Assembly: GCA_900128395.1 (NCBI GenBank) | Contig: LT649283.1 | Coordinates: 1 to 46,172 of the forward strand | From: Stramenopiles sp. TOSAG23-2 | Lineage: Eukaryota | Direction of reading: 5' to 3' | DNA length: 46,172 nucleotides | Shown here: piece by piece, positions 31,748 through 42,400 of the stretch | Numbering within the stretch: the first letter of the stretch is position 1 | Layout of the letters: each line of letters begins with the position of its first letter | The notes under the pieces: model-generated | What the model saw: the letters and a program-made list of their open reading frames with translations, nothing else | Database searches by the model: none | Told to the model about the DNA's origin: nothing | Program-made: the position numbers and the translations under genes

Positions 31748-34700
31748 TTATGATAAATTGCTTGAATTATTTGGATTCCATTGCGAAATACTCCATCTAG
31801 TTTCAACAATATTTAGAAATTTAGTCAATTTTTCCGTCATCTTTCTCATATCACCATACATATCTTTGCTTTTATACCATTTTGATGCCCATTTACGATA
31901 AGTACCATTATTATGCATGGCCCGTAAAGCAAGTCCAGCTGATGCAGCGCCTAGATTTTGAATCTCTTCGTTTGTTGGTATAGGTACAATATTTGCAATC
32001 CTTGCACAACCTTCTAAAAAGTCTTCGAAACATAAAACTCTACCCCTTGCTGCATCTTTCCAATCATCTACGACTTTCATTTTACTACGTTCAAACACAA
32101 GTTTTGCTTTTTGCTTATTAAAGGTATCATCGAAAAATGTCAGTGCTGTCCATACATGTAACCAATCTTTTAATGTCATACGACGTACCATGCGATCATC
32201 ATGTCTAGACTTAGTGGAAAAACGCTTCCATACGCCTTGCAAGGTTGCAACATTGCTACGATACACATTGTCCATATCTTCATGGTATAAAAAGTCTTTT
32301 CTAAATTGATTGCTATCCCTGGAATCTGGATCCAATTGTGGAATTAAATCCTTATTGACAAACATTTGCAAAGCAGTTGGTGTATCGCTTGTAAGTTTTT
32401 CACTTTGTGCATATTTGGCATATGCAATACGTGTTATGGCATGGAGCCATTCAAAACGCATTAATGAACGATCATCGTTCGCACGATTTAAATTGCGAGT
32501 CTCTTCGTCCAATGTACCCGTTTCTTCTTTATTTGCAATTATAAAAGTATTTTCATGCGCTTTCATATTTAAAAATGGATTGATTTGACTTATCAATCCA
32601 AATTCTTCTAAAAAAATTTTAAAAGTTTTAAAGGAAATGACACTAACTTTTGTATTTATAATTGCATAGTGTTCAAAACAATCACAAATTGGATCATACA
32701 ATTTGCTTACAATATCCTTAGCATCTTGCATTTCATGTATCAATACTTCATCTCCACCATCTACTAAACGGCCCCATTCTTTATTTGGCAAAAGTCGTCT
32801 CCAATCAATATCCAACATACGTCCTCGTAACCATTCTTCACGATCATAAAAATCTCTAGATTCACTATGCCTTTCTCTACCTCTGAATACAGATTTAAAC
32901 AATGACCAAGCAGCACCTTCTTCCTCATCTTCAGAATCAGATCCTAAATCGCCAAATAGCTCCTCATCCGTAAAATCATCCTCGTCATCAATATCAGCAA
33001 CAGATTTATGTTTGTTTTTAAATACTTTTTTACTGCTATCATCTTTCTTTTTACGAATGGAAGATTTTTTCTTCAATTGAATTTTTAATAATAACGAGCT
33101 ATCGGTATATGGAATATTAGTTTCTTCGCATTTCAATGGTTTTTGCTTCTCAGTTTTAATGCTATGCGCAGTCAAATTGCTTTGTGAAAATGGATCTGGC
33201 GGTTGCAATGTACCACGTAAAATTGGGAAATCTACTTCAGGATGCACACCTGGAAAATGATTTGTAAAAACTAATGGTCCTGGAAATCGATGTGGGTGAC
33301 CTGGGTGCCTCCCAGGTTGAAGATCACTTTTGCAGTAATAATGTGTCAAAGTGCCATCTGGTAATGTAAAGATAGGAATACCAGACTTAGCGTTTGTGCT
33401 TCCAATGCAAGCAGGCCATTTTGCCATGCGAACACGATCATCTTTGCCAGGCACAGCATGATCTTTAAAGACAATTTTACGCCCATTATGCGCATTATCA
33501 GGCTGCAAATGGACAGTAAACGGTTCGCCTTTTTTCATTGTATTATCGTTGGCTCCTGTCTTAGATTTAGAATTATTATTTTGTTTCTCCTTTATTGATG
33601 CCATAGATGCTGATTGCCCCAATGTACTTGTTGGGGAAGTTGGCGAAGCAACTTCGTCTTTGTTTCCTTGATCATCACTTTCTTTCTTTTTCTTCTTCTT
33701 TCTACTATTTCGTTTACCGCCTTTTTTACCATTGGTATCATTTGCGGATGATATACGACTGTTAAATTTTACCAAAGGTGTTGTTGGCCTGCGTGCTTTT
33801 ATCAATTCATCACGTCTAGATGTTGGTACTGGTGATAAACTTTTCTCTAATTTTTTGCCAGTGCGCATATCCATAGCGTCCCCGTTAATAGTTGCTGTTG
33901 AAAGATCCGTAGATGAGACTGACTTATTCAATGGTGTGTCATACGAAGCTATTTTTGGTAACCATACATTACCATAACGAAATTTGGTCGCACGTGGTTT
34001 TTGACTTGCTAATGTTAATGCTAATGGGCGTCTCGTAATTTTTTCCAATGTAATTATTGGTTTTAAACGCACTTTGTCATCTGCCATGACTACATCAGCT
34101 TGTGCAGCTAGTGGGCACATCAACCATGCATCTTTTGCTATGTCCAGCCTCTTTTTATCCCAAATAGTTGTAAATCCATCTTTTTGTATCAATCCACTAC
34201 TATTTAATTCTTCGTCGCAAGCACCTGAATCAATAATTCGCCTTTTCATTTGTTTACTTCGTGCACCTTTCTCATTTAACAATTTCCTTAATTCTTCTTC
34301 CTTATCAATTTTATGCATAGTTGTTGCCATCTTCAATTGTGCTTGGTATAATATATTTAATGTTTTTGGATTTCTACTTATATTGTACACAGCACATTCG
34401 ACATCATCTACCAATTGCGGATGATCTGTTAATACCTTCAATGCACGTAACAAGACATTGATACCAGTTTTTGCAAGCTTTAAATGACTTACAGTCCACA
34501 TAGATAAATTTCGTAATGCATTTATCCCAAATTCTATGATGCCAATATAAGTCTCGTAATTATTTTTATAATCTTCCTCTACAAAATCTAAAGCTTTCCT
34601 AATTGTATTTCGTAAGCATTTTATTGCACCAAAATTTACAAGATCCTCCGCACGATGTTCATATAATGCTAAATCACCAAGGCCCCGGCATGCGATTTCC

Positions 34701-37180
34701 TCTAATTTTGTATCGCTTTCGCTTAATAGAGATATGTACAGTCGTTCCATTAATGTGCTTTGTTTTCGATCTGCCACGTCATTACTGTCTTCTAATGCAT
34801 GTGGGTGAGCATCGGCTATAGCTTCCAAGGCCCCAGCTGCAAATTGACGAGTTAAATTCGATACACCTTGATGTTTACTAGCTATATGTACTAATGTATA
34901 TAATATACCAAATGGTAGCAATTCTTCTGCTAATTTTGGCGATGTATAAAATGCATCCCAAAACATAGCACAGGTCCATGTGACGACGTGGTAATCTGAA
35001 TCTTCCAACCATGTGATAACTTCCAACGCGTATTTTTCTGCCAATACTTCATGCCTTGCTTTCATGTTTGTAACTGTCATTAAAAAGAAAAGGCCAACTA
35101 TCCGTTTCCGTATGTTTTTCTCTTCATCATTCCATTTATCTTTTTTCTCTGTTCCATTTAATTCTATCATAATTTTCATTAATGATGGTGTTACTTTAGT
35201 GTCGGCTAAAATTCTGCAACAAACAGTTGATTTTGCTAGACACCACAAACTTGAAATTACATAATTTAACGCTAACCAATCGCCCTTTTCCGCGAATGAT
35301 GGCAATCGTGCCACTGTTTCTACTAATTTATGTAACAACACATGATTCTCTAATTTTGGTATGGTATTCTTGTCACATAGTGCTAATATTGATGCAGCTA
35401 AATAACGTTGTGTAGCTGGTTCACATCCATATTTCATACGTTTTCCTAAGGCGACGACTACATTGAAAAAAAAATTGGCACCAGCATTATCAACCACACG
35501 ATAGTTTTGTGAAATCAACGCCGTTGACAGCGCCGAAGCAGTTGCTATACATACATCTGTCGCTGCTGGTCTTTCAATCACTTTTAAAAATTCTGTAAAA
35601 CTATCGACAGAAAGTGTGACACCTAATGATACTAAATTTGCAATTGTTGCGCAAGTCGTACTAGATGTTATTACATTTAAGCTACCTGACAATCTAAAAA
35701 GTACGTCACCTAATGGATCTTCTATTGATAGTGTCTCTGGCAAGTGATTCATTAAATTGATTTTCACATTTCTTGTCTTGCTTTTTAATTGCATTTGTAT
35801 GGCGCCACTTGTAAAGCCATTTAGTGCCATGGCTATATAATTATGAAACGTGGCTACACCTAACTTTTTAACAGTCTCAATTCCGTTCTTTTCATTAGCA
35901 ATTATTACTAAACGCATAATATAATCCCATGAACCAGATTCACAAAGAACTCTTCTTCCTTGTGGGAAGCGTAATGTCATTGCGCTAGCATACAGCGCAC
36001 TAAGCCAAACATCGTCATCCGGGTGATGGATTAAAGCAGACGCAAATGTTGCTAGTTCAATGCCGTCTTCAAAATTATTTGAAAAACGATTCAAGAGTAT
36101 ACTTATGGAAGCTAAAATGGTTTTAAATATCGAGCGTTGACTTGTTGTTGGTTTATTGTTTCCCTCCTCTGATGGCTGTTCTGTTTGTGGTAGACTTTCA
36201 ATCGAATTGATTGAATCCCTTAGAGATAATAATAATTTCCCGCACGAAGAACTTTTTGATAAATCACCCCACTGTCCAATATCAGGGTCATGGTAATCTA
36301 ATTCCCTATATAATAATTCATAAATGCAAAGACCATATTTATGCGATGGTAGCTCTTTGCCGAATTTCTTCAATGCAACTCCAATTGCTGCTATAATATC
36401 CATTTTTCTCCACAAATGCTGTATACCAGAATCAATAGTTGATACTAACCAGAAAATTTTTGCAGCAGATGTGCATAAGTCAATATTATCACTTGTCAAA
36501 CATCTCATTAAATTATTAGCTGTTTTCTCATCATATAGCCTTGGACAGAAATCGTCGCTTCGAGTTGAAACCAGTTGCCATATTCTATCACAACTTGTAT
36601 ATAATAAATCTTCTAAAGTTTCATGTTTTTCTATTTTCTGCCCATCCTCATCCAACCCATCCTCATCCTCGACTTCCTCTTTTCCATCATGTTGTTGTCC
36701 TTTTTTATGTTTACGGTGATGTCGATGAGTTTTTCTCTTGTTTATATCTGTGGTTTTCAAATCTTTTAAGCATCTTCGAAATACTTTACTTTCATGCGCT
36801 GCTATACGGTCATTGATTCTAGCATCCCATGCTGCTAATGATTTCGCTAGGTGTTTACCAAATATAATATCTGCCATTTGATGTACGTCCCTAAATACAA
36901 CAACAGAGTCTTCAGGTATATCAGGGAACAACTCCCTTGACTTATTTTTAAAATCCATTATTTTCACATTAATATATTTTCTCATAGATGTCGATCCACT
37001 AGTTACCAAACGGTCGACAATGCTTGTCATTTTTTTAACCCCACTTTCTGGAACTTTTACCATAACTTCTTTAATTTCATCCCCATATTGCAATCTAGCT
37101 TTCGCAGGTATTAATTTGACAGCTTTACGTTTCACACGTTTGGGAGAATTTCCCGTAGCCTTTCCAACGAGAGATTGCAT
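31748..37180 (-). CDS. Large ARM-repeat protein with C-terminal EF-hand-like helical modules (1810 aa)
   Basis: Uninterrupted 5.4-kb ORF with armadillo-like helices (AAGALEAIA, ACRGLGDLA, GINALRNLS), a disordered linker and C-terminal modules (CFEHYA, LMRFEWLHAITRIA, FEDFLEGCARIA). Confidence 0.85.
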   Translation of the reverse strand: MQSLVGKATGNSPKRVKRKAVKLIPAKARLQYGDEIKEVMVKVPESGVKKMTSIVDRLVTSGSTSMRKYINVKIMDFKNKSRELFPDIPEDSVVVFRDVHQMADIIFGKHLAKSLAAWDARINDRIAAHESKVFRRCLKDLKTTDINKRKTHRHHRKHKKGQQHDGKEEVEDEDGLDEDGQKIEKHETLEDLLYTSCDRIWQLVSTRSDDFCPRLYDEKTANNLMRCLTSDNIDLCTSAAKIFWLVSTIDSGIQHLWRKMDIIAAIGVALKKFGKELPSHKYGLCIYELLYRELDYHDPDIGQWGDLSKSSSCGKLLLSLRDSINSIESLPQTEQPSEEGNNKPTTSQRSIFKTILASISILLNRFSNNFEDGIELATFASALIHHPDDDVWLSALYASAMTLRFPQGRRVLCESGSWDYIMRLVIIANEKNGIETVKKLGVATFHNYIAMALNGFTSGAIQMQLKSKTRNVKINLMNHLPETLSIEDPLGDVLFRLSGSLNVITSSTTCATIANLVSLGVTLSVDSFTEFLKVIERPAATDVCIATASALSTALISQNYRVVDNAGANFFFNVVVALGKRMKYGCEPATQRYLAASILALCDKNTIPKLENHVLLHKLVETVARLPSFAEKGDWLALNYVISSLWCLAKSTVCCRILADTKVTPSLMKIMIELNGTEKKDKWNDEEKNIRKRIVGLFFLMTVTNMKARHEVLAEKYALEVITWLEDSDYHVVTWTCAMFWDAFYTSPKLAEELLPFGILYTLVHIASKHQGVSNLTRQFAAGALEAIADAHPHALEDSNDVADRKQSTLMERLYISLLSESDTKLEEIACRGLGDLALYEHRAEDLVNFGAIKCLRNTIRKALDFVEEDYKNNYETYIGIIEFGINALRNLSMWTVSHLKLAKTGINVLLRALKVLTDHPQLVDDVECAVYNISRNPKTLNILYQAQLKMATTMHKIDKEEELRKLLNEKGARSKQMKRRIIDSGACDEELNSSGLIQKDGFTTIWDKKRLDIAKDAWLMCPLAAQADVVMADDKVRLKPIITLEKITRRPLALTLASQKPRATKFRYGNVWLPKIASYDTPLNKSVSSTDLSTATINGDAMDMRTGKKLEKSLSPVPTSRRDELIKARRPTTPLVKFNSRISSANDTNGKKGGKRNSRKKKKKKESDDQGNKDEVASPTSPTSTLGQSASMASIKEKQNNNSKSKTGANDNTMKKGEPFTVHLQPDNAHNGRKIVFKDHAVPGKDDRVRMAKWPACIGSTNAKSGIPIFTLPDGTLTHYYCKSDLQPGRHPGHPHRFPGPLVFTNHFPGVHPEVDFPILRGTLQPPDPFSQSNLTAHSIKTEKQKPLKCEETNIPYTDSSLLLKIQLKKKSSIRKKKDDSSKKVFKNKHKSVADIDDEDDFTDEELFGDLGSDSEDEEEGAAWSLFKSVFRGRERHSESRDFYDREEWLRGRMLDIDWRRLLPNKEWGRLVDGGDEVLIHEMQDAKDIVSKLYDPICDCFEHYAIINTKVSVISFKTFKIFLEEFGLISQINPFLNMKAHENTFIIANKEETGTLDEETRNLNRANDDRSLMRFEWLHAITRIAYAKYAQSEKLTSDTPTALQMFVNKDLIPQLDPDSRDSNQFRKDFLYHEDMDNVYRSNVATLQGVWKRFSTKSRHDDRMVRRMTLKDWLHVWTALTFFDDTFNKQKAKLVFERSKMKVVDDWKDAARGRVLCFEDFLEGCARIANIVPIPTNEEIQNLGAASAGLALRAMHNNGTYRKWASKWYKSKDMYGDMRKMTEKLTKFLNIVETRWSISQWNPNNSSNLS

Positions 37181-37982
37181 ATTCCCGACCTTTTATTACA
37201 AATTGCAACTGTTCAATAATATTAATTAATGTGCGGGAATAAAGTTAATTGTTTTGCAATATAATAAATGTATAATATATATATAGATATAATGTACTGT
37301 GTATTAATATTATTTATAATTTATAATATATATTACCAGGTATTTTTTTATTATTTATTATTATTAGTAGTACTATAGTAGTAGTATAGTAGTAAGTGGT
37401 ATAGCTGTAGCTACATGTGTATAGTAGAGCTGCGCGATTTAGATAACAGACATATGCCCAATGCCACACGAGTATGTTACTTTCATATTTGACAAATTGG
37501 CATCGCCTTATTAGAAGTGGCATCACAAGTGGTGCAAGGTATGTAAATATCAATAGCACTATTTATTACGTGTAAATACTGGAAGTTTCTTTTTTTTTAA
37601 ATAGTTATTTAAGTAGTATGTATATACTACGCGGGGACATAAAATGGATATTTTATATTTTATGTACAATGAATTTTCTCACCACCAAACGACGAGCAAT
37701 GCAATACGGCTATTTTACAATCTAATACTGGAAAAGAAGGGCCTGATGCTGGCTGGCTGGCCCTGACGTGCCTGCTCTTCTAGACTTATATAATATACAG
37801 GTAGTAATAATATCACCAGCAGCAGCCTCCCTCTCTTTTAAATATTATATATAGTAATATATATATTTAATGATAATAACAATTTGATCGAAGAATAGTC
37901 AAATCAATTCTAGGTTATTTTAAACAAAAAAAACTCAATACCCCACGTGTATCAACTTGTCGAGAAAACAATAGACTTCAAG

Positions 37983-39050
37983 ATGATAAGTTTTTTTGGT
38001 GGTATTTATACTACTAAGAAAAACATTTGTAATATAATAAGAAACAATGTACATTTAAATGCAATAGTCATCATGCTGTTTTATTTGTTTTGTTCTGGCC
38101 TTTTTCCTTTTTCTGTAGCAACCGAACCGCAACTGTCGTTTGTTAAGAGACCGATGGATACAGGATATGCCTTAGGATCATCAACCCAAATGGCCAGCAA
38201 AAACACATTCAACAAAAATAACCCAATTGTAATAGAAGCAAATAAAGCAGTTGCAGAAGCTTTAGCATATCAAACTATTAATGATAAAGGTAATAATAAC
38301 AATCATCAAGGCAATAAGAAGCCTTTGGACAAGTCTAAATATTGTCATAGTCCCACTAAAGAATGTTTTGTAAAAAATTTAGCCACTTTACCATATGGAA
38401 AGTTGAAATATTTAACATCTATGCTTGATCAAAAATTTAGCAACGCAATTAATAAACATGTTAATGATATGCGATTTAAAGCTTCCAGTAAAATAAACCA
38501 GAAACAAACAATAAGTAACAAACAAAGTTTATCATCATTGCAACAGGAAAAGTCGTCAACTTCATCTCGGGCTAAATTTAATATTATGAAAATGATTACG
38601 GCGGCACCTTTTGAAATGTTGCAAGGGTTGCTAGGAAAGTTTGGGTTGACAGATTTTAATTCTAAAGCAGAGTCGTTAAAACATTCGGATTTAGCATCTC
38701 ATGGAAATGCCTATGAACCTAATACGGCAGGAGGTGATCAATCTACATTTACTGATCGGTTAGCGCAACCTGCATTGGAAGGATTCCATCCGCCTAATGG
38801 ATATGAAACCGAGACGCCAGGATGTGCCAAGTCAATGAGTGAATATTTTCACTGCAGTGCGTTAAAAAATCTTCCATTACACCGAGGATTGGCAACGGAT
38901 CCACGACAAATGGCATTTCGATCAAAGAAGGAACAAATTGTCCATGTTAACCCGACAAATGAGAAAGATGAAAGTGGAGAGAGTAATGAGAACCATGGAT
39001 TATCTCAAAGTTTAAACTTTGCAAGTCGTCTTCTCCATAATAATAATTAA
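37983..39050 (+). CDS. Hypothetical secreted protein
   Basis: A 1.07-kb ORF with a hydrophobic signal-like segment (AIVIMLFYLFCSGLFPFSVA) and two Cys pairs. The start could be 37983 or 38073. Confidence 0.72.
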   Translation: MISFFGGIYTTKKNICNIIRNNVHLNAIVIMLFYLFCSGLFPFSVATEPQLSFVKRPMDTGYALGSSTQMASKNTFNKNNPIVIEANKAVAEALAYQTINDKGNNNNHQGNKKPLDKSKYCHSPTKECFVKNLATLPYGKLKYLTSMLDQKFSNAINKHVNDMRFKASSKINQKQTISNKQSLSSLQQEKSSTSSRAKFNIMKMITAAPFEMLQGLLGKFGLTDFNSKAESLKHSDLASHGNAYEPNTAGGDQSTFTDRLAQPALEGFHPPNGYETETPGCAKSMSEYFHCSALKNLPLHRGLATDPRQMAFRSKKEQIVHVNPTNEKDESGESNENHGLSQSLNFASRLLHNNN

Positions 39051-39462
39051 AAATGGTGTCATAATCATGTGTTACATATGAAATATGATATGAAGCGTAT
39101 GATACGAAGAAGTTCTCGTATTTTAATATTTTATACGTATTCGTAACATCACATGTTACACAAAAATTATGTGGTACGAGTAATAAAATAATCTTTTAAT
39201 ATGTGTATAGGATATTTTAAATATTGATAAATATGATACGATTTATTCCCCACCCTCTTCATATTTTTCATCAATGATATGATAGGTTGATAACATCTAT
39301 TTATGGTTTACCTCATCTCGGTAATATGACACATCTTGTGAGATAGATATTAATATTGGCTCAGTCACTGTATTCTTTTGAAAGTAGGAATTGTCATGAG
39401 TAGGAATAAAAAATTAAAATACGCGCGTACATTTACTAAATATGATACGAAGTGTATATTTT

Positions 39463-42400
39463 TTAAAATTGAAAACGTCTTACAGTACCAGGTGATTTTG
39501 GTTTTGGAGTTTTCTTCTTCTTTTTGTTTGCCGATGATGTAGTCGTAGCACGTGCAACATTAACACGATTACCATTACTGACTTGTTTAGTATCATTGCT
39601 GTGGCTATTTGTACTACTACCACCCTTAATTGTTTTAACAACTTTTCCACCATTAGCAATATCACTGCTGTTACTAGTAGAACCCTTCACTTTTCCTTTA
39701 TACATACCAAAAAATGAACCCCGTTTTTCAATATTTCTCCAAATTTTACTGGTTTTCGGTTTTTGTTTTCTTTCCTTTACAGGGCTAGAGTTTCTCATTG
39801 ATGTTAACTTAGATACACGCTGGCGCTCCTTAGCCGCGTCCCGCATTCGTTTTAAGTATTTAGCTTCACCCGGACTACGAACAAATAATTTCGGAGCAGC
39901 AACTTTTGTTTGGCGTTCGATAATACTAGCAGCACTTGCTGAGTGATTATCTGATGAATAAGGTGAAAATGGCGATGACTTATTTTTACTTGTTTTTCGA
40001 ACCCATTGGTTTGATGGAGTGCCATTTCCTTTTGTACTAGAATTTTGTTTTTTGGTTACTGCCTTGCCATTCGACAGTGGTCGACGACTATTATGGATTG
40101 GACTTTTACGTTTATCTTCATCCGTTAAAACACCTAGAATTTCTTCCATAGTTGGAGGCTCTGCTATTCTATCATTGTCAAAAGCGACTCGTTTTACTGG
40201 AATGATATCGTTTCTACGTGGATGGCGCTGGTGCTTACTAGCAACGGTTGGCTTGGTGGTATTCTTGCGAAAAGGTTTTACTTCTATCTCCCCTTTTCCA
40301 TTGCCTTTTTTAGAGCTTTTTTCAACACCAAAACGCATCAAGTCAGTTGCTTCAAGAAAATCAATTACATTTGTAATGGAGAGATCTACGGTTTTATCAC
40401 GTGTTAGCAAATGATAAATAGCTAAAACATCCTCATTGGTAAGACGCCCATTGAAATCGGTGCCTTGAGATATTTTATCAATACCAATTTGAAACTCCTC
40501 CAACGTTATGGCTGTACTATTTTTTGCCATCATTAAACTTGGAAAGTCAGCGAATGTGTCACCAATCCACGATTTGCACGCAATTTTTAACCTGTTTTTA
40601 ATGTCAAACAATTCTTCATATGTATATTTCACCGGGCGGAACGGCTGAATAACCGAATTCAAGCGTGCAGTACCAGTCTTTGGGGAAGATGCACGTCGAT
40701 TGGTCTCATCCTCATCATTTGTTCCCTTTTGATTTTTTGATTTGGTCTCTTTCTCTTCTGCTATAAATTTTTGATTCAAATTGGTCGGGCTTAAACTGCT
40801 TGAGGATATGATGCTATCACTACGAAGTTTTTTCACAGTCGATCGGCGATTGTAGAATTGGTATGTAAATTCACCATATGTAATAAAGCCATTATCGTCT
40901 GGGTCTAAAATGCGGAATAAACTCGCAATTTCGTCATCTGTAATTGGTGAACCAGAACCACCTTCTTCTCTGCACAATTTATGGACGAAATTTACAAATT
41001 CATCAATCAAGATAGTACCACTACCATCCGTATCGATTTCTTGAAATTCTTTCTTTAAATTTAATTTGCCAAGGGAATTCCTTGTTTTATCAGCATGTTC
41101 CCGAATTTTTGACATTGTCATGTTAAAGTGACTGATTAAATCATGAGCTTCAGCAATATCTTTCACATTGGTTGTTACTTTAGATTTTCGACAAACTTCT
41201 TCACCATCCAGAAATGCTTTTGTCATTTTAAGACCAGTGTAACCATGGCCCCTTGACCATTCTAAATTTTCAATCTCATTCATACCTTCGCTTGCTTTTA
41301 ACCATCCAAAAAAGCCATGCACACGATGTTCTGGTAATGGATGTGTTTTTTTTAAATATGGCTTTGAAAATGCTAATAAACCCATTCGGGCAAAGCATTC
41401 AACCCATTCACTATAGGTCAAAAGATCTGGTGCTTCAATTGGATTTCTACGCGATGCACGGAAACACATAAAAATTTCCGAACGTGTTAATATAGAAGGT
41501 GTCAAATTGAAATTATGTGTTATTTCTTCTAATTCTACATATGAAATTGCTTTGGTTCTATCTTCACCAGGTGTCCAAAATGGTTTCTTTTCATGGCGTC
41601 GTGTGGAAAAGTATGTAAAAATCCGCTGCAAAGTCATTTCTTGCTCTTTCAACACCGCAACAACTTGCTCCTCGTTCAATTGCTCCATTGCAGCGTCAGC
41701 TTCGTCATGGCCATAACCAAAGCACGAAACACGGCTAGCATATTTTAAAACATGTTGCTCTACCATGATTAATAACGAATCTGCCAAATCTAAAATTTGT
41801 TCTCGATAATTCTGATTCATATGAATGTAACTCATAGAATCTTCTTCATCTTCAATTAAATCTAATAACCGTTCTGCGCGATCAGCTTCGCTTTCAGTTG
41901 TTACTTTCTTTAATATATGTTTTTTTTTCAAGTCTTCTTTCCTCGGGCTCGTTGGTTGCCACGTTAAGTGCACGGACGCTCGTCTAGGTTGTATTGGGCT
42001 TGCAAACTGTTTCTTTATCGGTGATTTAATTTGTGGATAATCATGAAGTCGCTTTTCTTTTTTATTTAGGATATTAAATCTATCCTCATTAATTTTATGA
42101 TGGCGCAATCCACCTGGTCCAACTCTATGTTCAAGTATATGTGCTACGCGTGCCAATCCTAGTTTGCAACGATCAAAGTTAATCCACCCATGTGGTTTTT
42201 CCATTGTTGATAAATCTACATAAATAACATCTGCTTCTGCACGAGATATCCATAAATCATGCATTTCCTCTTCCATTTCATCCCCGTTATACGAATCATT
42301 GCCCTCCCTCATCAATTTGCTATCACGCAATAGTTTCATCCAATTAAATGAATCCAAACGATTAAAATTAAGTTTATGGCGATTATTTAAAAAACAATAA